A stretch of 64,000 nucleotides of DNA, from the NCBI GenBank assembly GCA_963675665.1, contig OY776510.1:4384001-4448000 (forward strand). Reading direction: 5' to 3'. Position 1 is the stretch's first letter; each line of letters begins with the position of its first letter. The position numbers were made by a program, and so were the translations under genes. This document shows positions 42,072 through 52,111 of the stretch, piece after piece. Source of the DNA: Spirochaetia bacterium. GTDB lineage: Bacteria; Spirochaetota; Spirochaetia; UBA9216. The notes under the pieces are model-generated. The model was not told the DNA's origin and searched no databases. It saw only the letters and a list, made by a program, of their open reading frames with translations.

Positions 42072-43346
42072 CATAGCTGTCCAAAATAAGGACTATTAAT
42101 AGCCTGAATCCCTGGTTATAATGAATTGAGCGGGCAAGCTTAAATCATTACAACGGAAGGAAAACAGGCAATGAGTTATAAGAATAGCATTTTAAATCAG
42201 ATACTTCAAATCATTCCGAGACATGAATTTGAAAGATCTGTCAGAAAGTATAAAGGAGATTTTGCTTCAAAAGGATTCTCCTGTTGGGAACAATTTGTTT
42301 CAATGCTGTTTGCCCAATTTACAGGACAGACCGGACTTAGAGGCATAGAAACAGCATTGGATTCGATTAAAAACATGCTTTATCATTTGGGGGTAAAAAA
42401 GATTAAACGCTCAACACTTTCCTATGCAAATAACAACAGACCCTCAGAAATTTATGAAAATGTATTCAATAACCTGCTGACAAAGATCCTTAAAATGAAA
42501 AGGTCTCATAAGCATAGATTTAAAAATCCGCTGTACAGTGTTGATGCGACAACCATCGATTTATGCCTGTCAGTATTTCCATGGGCGAAGTTTAGAAAGA
42601 ATAAAGGCGGAATCAAACTTAATGTAAAACTTGATCACAGCGGATATATTCCGGACTTTGTATCTGTTACAACAGCTCAAACCCATGAGCTTAATTCACT
42701 CAAGAAAATGAAATTCAATAAAGGTGATGTAGTTGCATTCGATCGGGCCTATACAGATTTCAAATTATTTGCAAGTTATTGTATTGCAGGCATTTATTTT
42801 ATTACTCGTATGAAAAAGAATGCAGATTATAAAGTTTTTCAAAGAAATAATGTTTCAAAATATGAAAATATTTCATCAGATCAAATAATTGAAATGCGAG
42901 GATACTACACCAGCAAGAAGTGTCCACTCCAATTACGGCGAATTAGAATAAAAGATCCGGAAACAGGAAAATATATTGTAATTCTTACAAATCAGCTTGA
43001 TTGGGCACCTACAACAGTTGCTGCTGTCTATAAGGACAGATGGCAGATAGAAATATTCTTCAAAACAATCAAACAGAACCTGAAAATAAAGAAGTTTTTT
43101 GGAACGACGAAAAATGCAGTAATGACTCAGATCTGGATAGCATTGATAACTCATCTGATGCTGCAATATCTGAAGATGTTATCTTCCGGTGGATGGACTC
43201 ATTATTCGCTTATGAAATTGCTTCCATCAATCCTGACGACCAGAAAAGATCTCTGGAATATTCTGAATAAACTACCGCCGCCCGGCAGAAATGAGCCAGG
43301 CTTAAAACTTCAAATGGAGCTGTTATGATTGTTTTGGACAGCTATG
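42072..43346 (+). mobile_element. IS4-family element copy 2 (1275 bp)
   Basis: Same IRs as copy 1; 9-bp duplication ATTTTCTCT; inserted between the hydrolase stop and attC 6. Confidence 0.93.
42171..43328 (+). CDS. IS4-family transposase
   Basis: Protein identical to 32250-33407. Confidence 0.93.
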   Translation: MSYKNSILNQILQIIPRHEFERSVRKYKGDFASKGFSCWEQFVSMLFAQFTGQTGLRGIETALDSIKNMLYHLGVKKIKRSTLSYANNNRPSEIYENVFNNLLTKILKMKRSHKHRFKNPLYSVDATTIDLCLSVFPWAKFRKNKGGIKLNVKLDHSGYIPDFVSVTTAQTHELNSLKKMKFNKGDVVAFDRAYTDFKLFASYCIAGIYFITRMKKNADYKVFQRNNVSKYENISSDQIIEMRGYYTSKKCPLQLRRIRIKDPETGKYIVILTNQLDWAPTTVAAVYKDRWQIEIFFKTIKQNLKIKKFFGTTKNAVMTQIWIALITHLMLQYLKMLSSGGWTHYSLMKLLPSILTTRKDLWNILNKLPPPGRNEPGLKLQMELL

Positions 43347-43357
43347 ATTTTCTCTTA

Positions 43358-44278
43358 TTAATAATTCTCCATAAATTGTATTATTTCCTTCGAAATCTCT
43401 TCATATTTCTCATGATGCAGATAATGAGAGCCTTCATATTCTATCAATCGACCTTCATTTTGATTATTAATAATAACTTCATGATCTTTTATCCATTTTT
43501 CAGGATTATCATGATTATTTCTAGATACAAAGAACAAGATTGGTATATCTTTATCCATTTCAATATTTGATACTTTTTTAACATTTTCAGAATACCAATC
43601 AATTTCACCCAATTGTGCGGCATTCTTATAGTTTCTTATAATTGCTTTTCTTAATTCTTTTAAATCATTTTCACTATAAATATCTTTCATTTTTTTATCA
43701 GTCAATTTATTAGGAGAAACTATTCCAATTAACCTTAAAATGCCACTTCTTCTTGTAATCTTATCAATTAGGATTGCTCCTGGAATTTCTTTTCCTTCTA
43801 AATATTGAGGGATTGCGTTTTCTATGCCAATATATCCATCTATCTCATTTTTATATTTTTCAATATAATATTGCGCATAGATTCCTGATATAGAATGGGC
43901 TAATAGCGTATATTTTTCTATATCCAATTTATTCATAATATAATGAATCTCTTCTGTAATATTTTCGATAGTTCTCTGTTTTCTTGTATCATCGGAAAAT
44001 CCATACCCATAGGTTTCAATTATCACGATTCTATATTTATTCTTCAATTCATTAGTAAGCGGAGAAAAATCAATTATTGGTGAGCCAGTCCCAAAACCTG
44101 ATAGAAGCAATATAGTATTATCCCCTTTTTGACTATCATACACATGGAGTCTTTCATTATCACTTTCAAAATATAGATATTGTCCATTTGCATTATTAAT
44201 TTCAATATTTAGCATAACATTATGGATTATTATCAGCATTAACATTGATAGTAAGACTATTATTGAAATCTTCTTCAT
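43358..44278 (-). CDS. Secreted or membrane-anchored alpha/beta hydrolase
   Basis: MKK plus hydrophobic N-terminus; LLSGFG, GYGFSD, AHSISG nucleophile elbow, GSHYLH. Start moved to 44278 because the upstream extension runs into attC. Confidence 0.82.
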   Translation of the reverse strand: MKKISIIVLLSMLMLIIIHNVMLNIEINNANGQYLYFESDNERLHVYDSQKGDNTILLLSGFGTGSPIIDFSPLTNELKNKYRIVIIETYGYGFSDDTRKQRTIENITEEIHYIMNKLDIEKYTLLAHSISGIYAQYYIEKYKNEIDGYIGIENAIPQYLEGKEIPGAILIDKITRRSGILRLIGIVSPNKLTDKKMKDIYSENDLKELRKAIIRNYKNAAQLGEIDWYSENVKKVSNIEMDKDIPILFFVSRNNHDNPEKWIKDHEVIINNQNEGRLIEYEGSHYLHHEKYEEISKEIIQFMENY

Positions 44279-44343
44279 AATCTTATTTATCGGCCCTACT
44301 CTCCATACTGCTATAAAGAAAATTGCACCCAATCTAATCATAC

Positions 44344-44485
44344 ATTTAACGACAATTTTAGCTGCCTGGCGGCGCGAGTCTTTCGAGCACATTGGCGTGA
44401 TTCTGGAGTGGAGCGCGATCAGCGCGAAACGTCTTTAGCCAGAATCATGACAATAGCCAGGACTGTTACAAATTTCATGTTTTGT
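44344..44485 (-). repeat. attC site 7 (belongs to ORF-less cassette A)
   Basis: GACAATTTTAGCTGCCTGG variant with non-canonical core GTTTTGT. Confidence 0.85.
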
Positions 44486-44969
44486 GTAACGGCCCCATAC
44501 TCACTACTTTCATCTACATTCATAATTATCCTTTTTCTTACTTTGCCCCTTCTTTACCCAGCGTTCTCGCTGGGTTCATCCCAATTAATCATACAACGAT
44601 TTCCTCTTTGTAGGTATTTTTATTTTTAAACAATAACTACTGTTCTGTTTCTTAACATTTTACTTCTTCATTTCCGTAATATTCATTTTAAACATTTGGC
44701 CGCTAAAATTTTACGCAGGTTAGCTGTGATTTTTTTGAGAAGCTTAAAATAGGACATAGATACGAATACGTTTCACGTCGGAGGTTATGGGAAACTATCG
44801 AAAACAGGATGATTAACTCCATAAACTTCTTTATTCAACCTGCAAATTATTGTTCTATCAAAGAACTAAATCAAATATTTTCTTTTTAATATGTTTTTCA
44901 CTTATGTGTCATTTTAAACGGGAACCGTATAAAATCTTTATTTTAGCCTAATTCTCTTTTACACAAAAC
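44479..44969. repeat. ORF-less cassette copy A
   Basis: Near-identical to 56537-57027 and 61242-61731; ends GTTTTGTGTAA / TTACACAAAAC. Confidence 0.9.
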
Positions 44970-45101
44970 GACGATTTGAGTAGCAAAATTGATCGGCGTC
45001 TTCGCCGAATTGGCGCGATTCTGGAGTGAGGGCCATTGCCCGAACGTCTTCAGCCAGAATCGTGACAATAAATTTTGACTACTCCAAATCTCTTGTTTGT
45101 T
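44963..45101 (-). repeat. attC site 8
   Basis: Same family as the other attC sites. Confidence 0.85.
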
Positions 45102-45120
45102 TAGTAAGCATCTAATTTTT

Positions 45121-46206
45121 TTAAATCTTTCTTATATGATCACATATTTTAGCATATGCTTTCTCATAATAAAAAAAGTGTAAACATTGATTAGTACCAA
45201 GCTCAACTCCAAACCTATCCATCTGAACAAGATCGTAGAGACAACCACCATTACATAAACTAAAATATTTACAAATTTTGCATTTATTTCTTATTTCTAT
45301 TTCAATATTTTTATAATGTTCAATCCCTCTTGACTCGATATTTTCTTTAAAATTATCTAAATTATACTCCATTTTTAAAAAATTAAAATTATCAAACTTA
45401 TCACAGTGCGATATTAATCCATCATTATTTATAGTAAAATATTTACCAACACAATTTTGACCTTCATGACATAATCTTGGCTTGTTTTCAAATAAAATAT
45501 CAATCTTGCTTTCAAATTCTCTTAATTCAATCTCTTTATATTTATCACTTATTATTAAATCTATAAACTTATTCAAATATTTTTTAACTTTAGCAATATA
45601 AATTAAATACTCTTCTCTATTATTAAAACACAGTCTTAATGGTAATAATGCTATTTTGTAAATTCTATTTTCTTTAAGAAAATCTAATAATTCTACTGGT
45701 TTAGTATCCAATAATTCATTAGAAAGGACTGATAGAATACCAAATTTCTTAGTATTATCATTAACTATTTTTAGATTTTTTATAATAATTTCCGAACTCT
45801 TATTTCCATCAGGAAATATTCTATTTATATCATGAATTTGCATCAATCCATCAAAACTTATACCAATATTAAAATAATTCTCATTTAAAAAAGTTACAAA
45901 TTGTTTGGATAGTAAAGTACCATTAGTTTGAATAGAGTTGTATATTTCTTTTTTTATATATTTCTTCTGATCTTTAATTATTCTCTCATAAAACTCTTGT
46001 CCTAAAAGTAAAGGCTCTCCTCCATGCCAAATAAAATTAATTTTTTTTATCCAATACATAGAGTTTAGTACTTTAAATAATGAAATTAATAAACTACGTT
46101 CAATTTCTTTTGAATTATTATCTCGTTCAAAACAGTACTTACAATTTAAATTACACTTTCTAGTGGTTTTAATAATAAATGAAATATTGTCAGATTGTCT
46201 ATTCAT
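45121..46206 (-). CDS. Radical SAM/SPASM domain protein (anSME/peptide-maturase-like)
   Basis: CNLNCKYC, WHGGEPLL, IQTNGTL, ISFDG...HD.NR; SPASM cysteines C-x5-C...C...CKICKYFSLCNGGC...C. Confidence 0.88.
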   Translation of the reverse strand: MNRQSDNISFIIKTTRKCNLNCKYCFERDNNSKEIERSLLISLFKVLNSMYWIKKINFIWHGGEPLLLGQEFYERIIKDQKKYIKKEIYNSIQTNGTLLSKQFVTFLNENYFNIGISFDGLMQIHDINRIFPDGNKSSEIIIKNLKIVNDNTKKFGILSVLSNELLDTKPVELLDFLKENRIYKIALLPLRLCFNNREEYLIYIAKVKKYLNKFIDLIISDKYKEIELREFESKIDILFENKPRLCHEGQNCVGKYFTINNDGLISHCDKFDNFNFLKMEYNLDNFKENIESRGIEHYKNIEIEIRNKCKICKYFSLCNGGCLYDLVQMDRFGVELGTNQCLHFFYYEKAYAKICDHIRKI

Positions 46207-46634
46207 TTAAATTTTTTAAATAATTTTAATTCCTCCTCATTTAAATCATCTATTAATACTGATCTAATCTCTAAATTCTCATTTTGAATGGAAATTGTAT
46301 TTTGTAATGGTAATTCATCATCAGTCCAAGAATTATCCCAGCATTCACCAAATCCTCCATCTGAATGACACCATCCATTTGTATAACTTTCTGCGACTTC
46401 TCCACCATCCGTTAACGGAAGATTTACAATCTTTCTAATCGATTCTGGAATTGTAGTGCCTTTTTGAATCGATATAGTTCTAATTAATTTTATACTTTCA
46501 TGGTCGTTAACGACATCTCCAACAGTTCTTCCAATTCTATTAGTTATAACATCTTCTGAATTCTTATCAACAAAGTTGCTTTTATTTTCGATCATTTTTA
46601 TAACTTTTCTTATTCTTTTACTTAAATCTGCCAT
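46203..46634 (-). CDS. Hypothetical protein; candidate RiPP precursor or rSAM substrate
   Basis: RBS GGAGG before ATG 46634; ATGA overlap with the rSAM gene; segment YTNGWCHSDGGFGECWDNSWTD. Confidence 0.62.
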   Translation of the reverse strand: MADLSKRIRKVIKMIENKSNFVDKNSEDVITNRIGRTVGDVVNDHESIKLIRTISIQKGTTIPESIRKIVNLPLTDGGEVAESYTNGWCHSDGGFGECWDNSWTDDELPLQNTISIQNENLEIRSVLIDDLNEEELKLFKKFK

Positions 46635-47056
46635 AGGACCCTCCATAATTTTTAATTGGATACATACTAGAGCAAAACAACTATTTTCTTATAAAAATTA
46701 TAACCCTATATAAGAAATATGTCATTATTTTTTAAAAAACCTACGCCACTTGTTTAAACGAAGTATCCTATATATCTATCATTTTTAGGCTATCTAAAGC
46801 CCAATTTTATAATACACAATCTCAATATTTTTATCATTTTAATGATATCAAAGTAAATGTTATTTAAATCCTTATAAAACTTACATTTATTGATTTATAA
46901 TTTTGTAAGAATTCATTAAGTTCTCTTATATTTATATCTCTTTAAGCAAATATCTTATCTCAAAACTGTCTTTTTATCTTATTCCTCTTTATTTCTGATT
47001 ATTTACCCTATTATTAAAAAACTGTACACAAAGCTGTCTGACTATACTCGCTTTAC

Positions 47057-47195
47057 ATTTAACGACGTTTTGAGTAGCAAAATCGGCCGAGTCTTCGAGG
47101 CTTGGCGCGTGTTTTTGCATAGCTTTTTACCTCTACCCTACTTTTCTGCAAAAACCGTGACAAAGATTTTGACTACTCCAAAACTCATGTTATAC
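47057..47195 (-). repeat. attC site 9 (pyrimidine-loop variant)
   Basis: Same arms; central GTTTTTGC...GCAAAAAC stem. Confidence 0.85.
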
Positions 47196-47202
47196 GGATT
47201 TT

Positions 47203-47493
47203 CTATACTTTTTCTAATAATTTCCCAGAAACATATTTATGCAATATCATTGATACCAGAGTTTGATATGGTAAGCCTTCTTCCATTGCTTTTATCTTCA
47301 AATTCTTCAAATCTCTTTCTGATATTCTTATATTCATCCTTTTATCTTTTTTCATCGTAGCTTCAGCATATCTTTTTGCTTGAAGCCTATATTCTTCACT
47401 TTCTTCTATTTCTTCCCATTCACCTTTCTCAAGTGAATTCATTAAATCGCGTTCTTCTTCATCTATCGGAGTACACATATTTTTATCTTTCAT
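47203..47493 (-). CDS. CopG-like antitoxin
   Basis: KDKRMNIRISERDL..LK.KA.EEGLPYQTL...LHKY. Confidence 0.82.
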   Translation of the reverse strand: MKDKNMCTPIDEEERDLMNSLEKGEWEEIEESEEYRLQAKRYAEATMKKDKRMNIRISERDLKNLKIKAMEEGLPYQTLVSMILHKYVSGKLLEKV

Positions 47494-47777
47494 TCCTTTC
47501 CTCCATTCTTCAATAATTTCTTTGTATATTCCCTACTCGGGTATATCGTCTTTAGAAATATCTCTTTATCTTCTTTATTTTCAACAAAAGGCACTACATA
47601 TATATAATCATTATAATTGATTAGATAAATTTTCTGATTTCCATATTTTTCTTCATTTGGATGCTTTAAGACTTTTACAACTTTTCCTTCAGAAATACAC
47701 AATATAATTTCTTCAAATGAAAAATTGCGTTGTTCCTTCAGTATTTCATTCTTTTCATCATTCCAATTATATGTCAT
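47490..47777 (-). CDS. BrnT-like toxin
   Basis: WNDEKNE.LK..R..SFEEI, HPN..KY.NQ, YVVPFV, IFLKTIYPSR. Confidence 0.8.
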   Translation of the reverse strand: MTYNWNDEKNEILKEQRNFSFEEIILCISEGKVVKVLKHPNEEKYGNQKIYLINYNDYIYVVPFVENKEDKEIFLKTIYPSREYTKKLLKNGGKE

Positions 47778-47913
47778 ATTATAAAGATAAGCTCACGTGT
47801 GCCTTTTGTCAATACTTTATATTTCTTAAATTCTTACGAAGTCTCGATTTAACCACGAATGGCCCACCAAACTATGGATTCTATCAATATTATTTTATCT
47901 AATTCTTAATTCC

Positions 47914-48054
47914 GTATAACGACGTTTTGAGTAGCAAAATCGGCCGAGTCTTCGAGGCTTGGCACGCGTTTTTGCTACCGCTTTTTGCCTTTACCCTACT
48001 TTCTTAGCAAAAACCGTGACAAAGATTTTGACTACTCCAAATCTCTTGTTATGA
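47914..48054 (-). repeat. attC site 10 (pyrimidine-loop variant)
   Basis: Same family as the other attC sites. Confidence 0.85.
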
Positions 48055-49134
48055 TTACATCTTCAATATTTCCATTAATTTCTTATTAATGAATATATTC
48101 TCCCTTCCTACTTTTTCTAATTCTAATATTCCTATTTCAGATAGTTGATGCAAATATCGGGATGCTGCTTTTCGTTCTATTCCTATAGAATTTACTATGA
48201 ATTCAACTTTACAGTATGGGTTTTCAAAAAGAGTCTCTACCAATTCTTTTGTATAAATTTTTGAAGCTTTCTCTTTTACTTCATCTATTGTCTTATCCAA
48301 TAATTCTCTAATTTTCTTAATTTTATCAATCGTTTCTATTGCTGTCTGCTTTACTCCCTCAAGAATGTATAATAGCCATTCTTCCCATTCATCTTCAGAA
48401 GTAACTTTTCTTAACAATCGATAATATTCATTTTTATTCTTAATGATGTATGAACTCAAATACAGAATAGGTATTTCAAGATATTCTTTCAATAATAGGT
48501 ATAATACATTTAATATTCTTCCAGTTCTGCCATTTCCATCATGAAACGGATGTATGCTCTCAAATTGATAATGAATTATTCCCATTTTTATCAATGATGA
48601 TTCACCATCATTTAAATATTCGAATAAATTCTTCAACAGTTTATATATAATTTCAACTTCATCTGGTGGGGAGTAGACTATCTCTCTCGTTTTATCATTA
48701 TATAATCTGGTTCCTGGTGTTTTTCTTATACCTGAATCATTTTTCAACAAGATCTCTTGTATCTCGATAATTTCTTTTTCTGAGATGTATCCTTTTTCTT
48801 CTATTCTTTTATATCCCCAATTTAATGCTTCTCGATAGTACATCACTTCCTTTGTTGCATGATCTACACTTTTACTACTTGATATCGCCTGATACAATTC
48901 ATCTCTTGTTGTTATAATATTCTCAATTTCAGAACTATCTTTTGCTTCTTGAAGAATTATTGCATTAATTAATATAGATTGATTAGGAATAATATTGGCT
49001 ATACCTTTCAATTCTGCAAGTGAAGCGCGAGCTTCACTTTCCTTCTTCCATAATTCTAATGTCGCACATTTTGATTTATCTGGTGGTATTAGAGGAAGGT
49101 CATTAAACGGAATATCTGCTTTAAAACTACTCAT
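48055..49134 (-). CDS. Fic family protein
   Basis: EAKDSSEIENI and canonical HPFHDGNGRTGR; C-terminal HTH. Confidence 0.9.
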   Translation of the reverse strand: MSSFKADIPFNDLPLIPPDKSKCATLELWKKESEARASLAELKGIANIIPNQSILINAIILQEAKDSSEIENIITTRDELYQAISSSKSVDHATKEVMYYREALNWGYKRIEEKGYISEKEIIEIQEILLKNDSGIRKTPGTRLYNDKTREIVYSPPDEVEIIYKLLKNLFEYLNDGESSLIKMGIIHYQFESIHPFHDGNGRTGRILNVLYLLLKEYLEIPILYLSSYIIKNKNEYYRLLRKVTSEDEWEEWLLYILEGVKQTAIETIDKIKKIRELLDKTIDEVKEKASKIYTKELVETLFENPYCKVEFIVNSIGIERKAASRYLHQLSEIGILELEKVGRENIFINKKLMEILKM

Positions 49135-49340
49135 ATGTACCATTTTACTATATTTTCGGTCACATCACAAGCTATTTGTACTTATATCCAATATTTTGGT
49201 ACACATACAGTTTTTATGTGCATCCCATGCACATGACATTTCATTCATGTACACGTTTTTCTTTTCTTTGTACATGTCAAGCTAATCATGTCCTCATTTT
49301 CAGCTTTTAAGGACATTTAAGCCGATTATTTTTTTGTTAA

Positions 49341-49481
49341 TCATAACGACGTTTTGAGTAGCAAAATCGGCCGAGTCTTCGAGGCTTGGCACGTGTTTTT
49401 GCTACCGCTTTTTGCCTTTACCCAACTTTCTCAGCAAAAACCGTGACAAAGATTTTGACTACTCCAAAACTCACGTTATCA
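49341..49481 (-). repeat. attC site 11 (pyrimidine-loop variant)
   Basis: Same family as the other attC sites. Confidence 0.85.
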
Positions 49482-49593
49482 AGAGCTTTTTTCTTAATTT
49501 CTTCAGATTCTCTTCATTCTTAAATATCTTCATGTTCTTCTTTCCCACACTTTTAGCTTCCATTGGGATTATTCTTAAATTTTTCTTATCTAC

Positions 49594-49824
49594 TTATGAT
49601 GCTTTCCAATTTATATTCAATTTCAGATTTTTCCTTGCACAATCTGCTAAATACAAATTGATCAATTGCTGATATTTTATTCCCGATTCTTCGGACATTT
49701 CTTTAAAATAATCGATAGTATCTTCATCTAAGCGGATAGTAATCTGCTTCTTCAGTTTTGAGACATAGGGATTCTTTTTTGCATTTGAAAAATCATAATG
49801 TTCTCTCATAATTTCATCCTCCAT
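49594..49824 (-). CDS. brnA: BrnA-family antitoxin
   Basis: MREHYDFS.AKKNPY, KKQITIRLD..TIDYFK, YQQLIN.YL. Confidence 0.82.
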   Translation of the reverse strand: MEDEIMREHYDFSNAKKNPYVSKLKKQITIRLDEDTIDYFKEMSEESGIKYQQLINLYLADCARKNLKLNINWKAS

Positions 49825-50098
49825 ATTTCCTGGTTTCGTCCTTATCAGCTTTCCTTGCTGATATAATCCTTATTACTTCTTCATTTTCTCTATAACAATG
49901 ACATACAACCAACACTTTTAATGTTTGTGATAATCCCATAATCAAGAATCTTTCTTCATCTTCAGAATGATCCGGATCATGAATTATTAACGCAGCTGGA
50001 TCATAAAACACTGTTATTGCTTCATCAAAGCTAACCTTATGCTTCTTTATATTTAACTTATTTTTATTTTCATCCCATTCAAACTGGATATGTTTCAT
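49814..50098 (-). CDS. brnT: BrnT-family ribonuclease toxin
   Basis: FEWDENKN..NIKKH.VSFDEA, DPDHS..EERF, IRIISARKA. Confidence 0.88.
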   Translation of the reverse strand: MKHIQFEWDENKNKLNIKKHKVSFDEAITVFYDPAALIIHDPDHSEDEERFLIMGLSQTLKVLVVCHCYRENEEVIRIISARKADKDETRKYGG

Positions 50099-50282
50099 AC
50101 TTATAATGTACATACATTGTAGTGTTTTGTCAATTTTTATATTTCTTAATGATCCCAGCCCTAATACTCGCTTCCACTGGGGTTATCCTTTCAGTCTCAC
50201 TACCTCTGGAGGAAAATTCGTTCATAGAAGTGTATAGACTATTACAATTATTATATCAAATTTTCATGGAGTTCCGGGTTCT

Positions 50283-50421
50283 TGATAACGACGATTTGAG
50301 TAGCGAAACCGGCCGAGTCTTCGAGGCTTGGCGCAGTTCTGGAACGCAGCGCGATCAGCGCGGAGTGTCTTTAGCCAGAACTGTGACAAAGGTTTTGACT
50401 ACTCCAAATCTCTTGTTATGA
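50283..50421 (-). repeat. attC site 12
   Basis: Same family as the other attC sites. Confidence 0.87.
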
Positions 50422-50836
50422 ATATTTTTCTTCTAATACATCATCAATATCTATCAACCCGAATCCAACTTCATCAATATTATAGTCTTTATATTTCTTA
50501 ACTAAATTCTTAGATTTTTCTTTTAACTTCTTCATATTAATTTTTTCTTTATTCATTTTTATTTCACCTATAATCATCTTTTTATTTATCTCATCTATAC
50601 AGACTAAATCGATTTCGTTTTGATTTCCTTTTTCCCAATAATTTCCAATTTCATTAAAATTTCCAGAGTCTCTAAATATTTCATGATATAGCTTTTCAAG
50701 TATGGGACCGCTGTAGGATTTAAAATTTTCTTCTAAATTCTTTCTTATATATAAATAATTATTGTTCTCTATTGCAGAACGATATTTATAAACAAATCTA
50801 AACCAAAATTTTAAAAAATTATCTTTTATATAATAT

Positions 50837-52111
50837 CATAGCTGTCCAAAATAAGGACTATTAATAGCCTGAATCCCTGGTTATAATGAATTGAGCGGGC
50901 AAGCTTAAATCATTACAACGGAAGGAAAACAGGCAATGAGTTATAAGAATAGCATTTTAAATCAGATACTTCAAATCATTCCGAGACATGAATTTGAAAG
51001 ATCTGTCAGAAAGTATAAAGGAGATTTTGCTTCAAAAGGATTCTCCTGTTGGGAACAATTTGTTTCAATGCTGTTTGCCCAATTTACAGGACAGACCGGA
51101 CTTAGAGGCATAGAAACAGCATTGGATTCGATTAAAAACATGCTTTATCATTTGGGGGTAAAAAAGATTAAACGCTCAACACTTTCCTATGCAAATAACA
51201 ACAGACCCTCAGAAATTTATGAAAATGTATTCAATAACCTGCTGACAAAGATCCTTAAAATGAAAAGGTCTCATAAGCATAGATTTAAAAATCCGCTGTA
51301 CAGTGTTGATGCGACAACCATCGATTTATGCCTGTCAGTATTTCCATGGGCGAAGTTTAGAAAGAATAAAGGCGGAATCAAACTTAATGTAAAACTTGAT
51401 CACAGCGGATATATTCCGGACTTTGTATCTGTTACAACAGCTCAAACCCATGAGCTTAATTCACTCAAGAAAATGAAATTCAATAAAGGTGATGTAGTTG
51501 CATTCGATCGGGCCTATACAGATTTCAAATTATTTGCAAGTTATTGTATTGCAGGCATTTATTTTATTACTCGTATGAAAAAGAATGCAGATTATAAAGT
51601 TTTTCAAAGAAATAATGTTTCAAAATATGAAAATATTTCATCAGATCAAATAATTGAAATGCGAGGATACTACACCAGCAAGAAGTGTCCACTCCAATTA
51701 CGGCGAATTAGAATAAAAGATCCGGAAACAGGAAAATATATTGTAATTCTTACAAATCAGCTTGATTGGGCACCTACAACAGTTGCTGCTGTCTATAAGG
51801 ACAGATGGCAGATAGAAATATTCTTCAAAACAATCAAACAGAACCTGAAAATAAAGAAGTTTTTTGGAACGACGAAAAATGCAGTAATGACTCAGATCTG
51901 GATAGCATTGATAACTCATCTGATGCTGCAATATCTGAAGATGTTATCTTCCGGTGGATGGACTCATTATTCGCTTATGAAATTGCTTCCATCAATCCTG
52001 ACGACCAGAAAAGATCTCTGGAATATTCTGAATAAACTACCGCCGCCCGGCAGAAATGAGCCAGGCTTAAAACTTCAAATGGAGCTGTTATGATTGTTTT
52101 GGACAGCTATG
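50837..52111 (+). mobile_element. IS4-family element copy 3 (1275 bp)
   Basis: Same IRs as copy 1; 9-bp duplication ATATAATAT. Confidence 0.93.
50936..52093 (+). CDS. IS4-family transposase
   Basis: Protein identical to the other two copies. Confidence 0.93.
   Translation: MSYKNSILNQILQIIPRHEFERSVRKYKGDFASKGFSCWEQFVSMLFAQFTGQTGLRGIETALDSIKNMLYHLGVKKIKRSTLSYANNNRPSEIYENVFNNLLTKILKMKRSHKHRFKNPLYSVDATTIDLCLSVFPWAKFRKNKGGIKLNVKLDHSGYIPDFVSVTTAQTHELNSLKKMKFNKGDVVAFDRAYTDFKLFASYCIAGIYFITRMKKNADYKVFQRNNVSKYENISSDQIIEMRGYYTSKKCPLQLRRIRIKDPETGKYIVILTNQLDWAPTTVAAVYKDRWQIEIFFKTIKQNLKIKKFFGTTKNAVMTQIWIALITHLMLQYLKMLSSGGWTHYSLMKLLPSILTTRKDLWNILNKLPPPGRNEPGLKLQMELL

Noticed and set aside
45094-45110. TGTTTAGT after attC 8, resembling the IS481 end at 36120
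   Set aside because: Only an 8-bp AT-rich match and no other IS remnant
49134-49320. Cluster of GTAC/CATG motifs upstream of fic as an operator array
   Set aside because: No regular spacing or clear consensus could be established by eye
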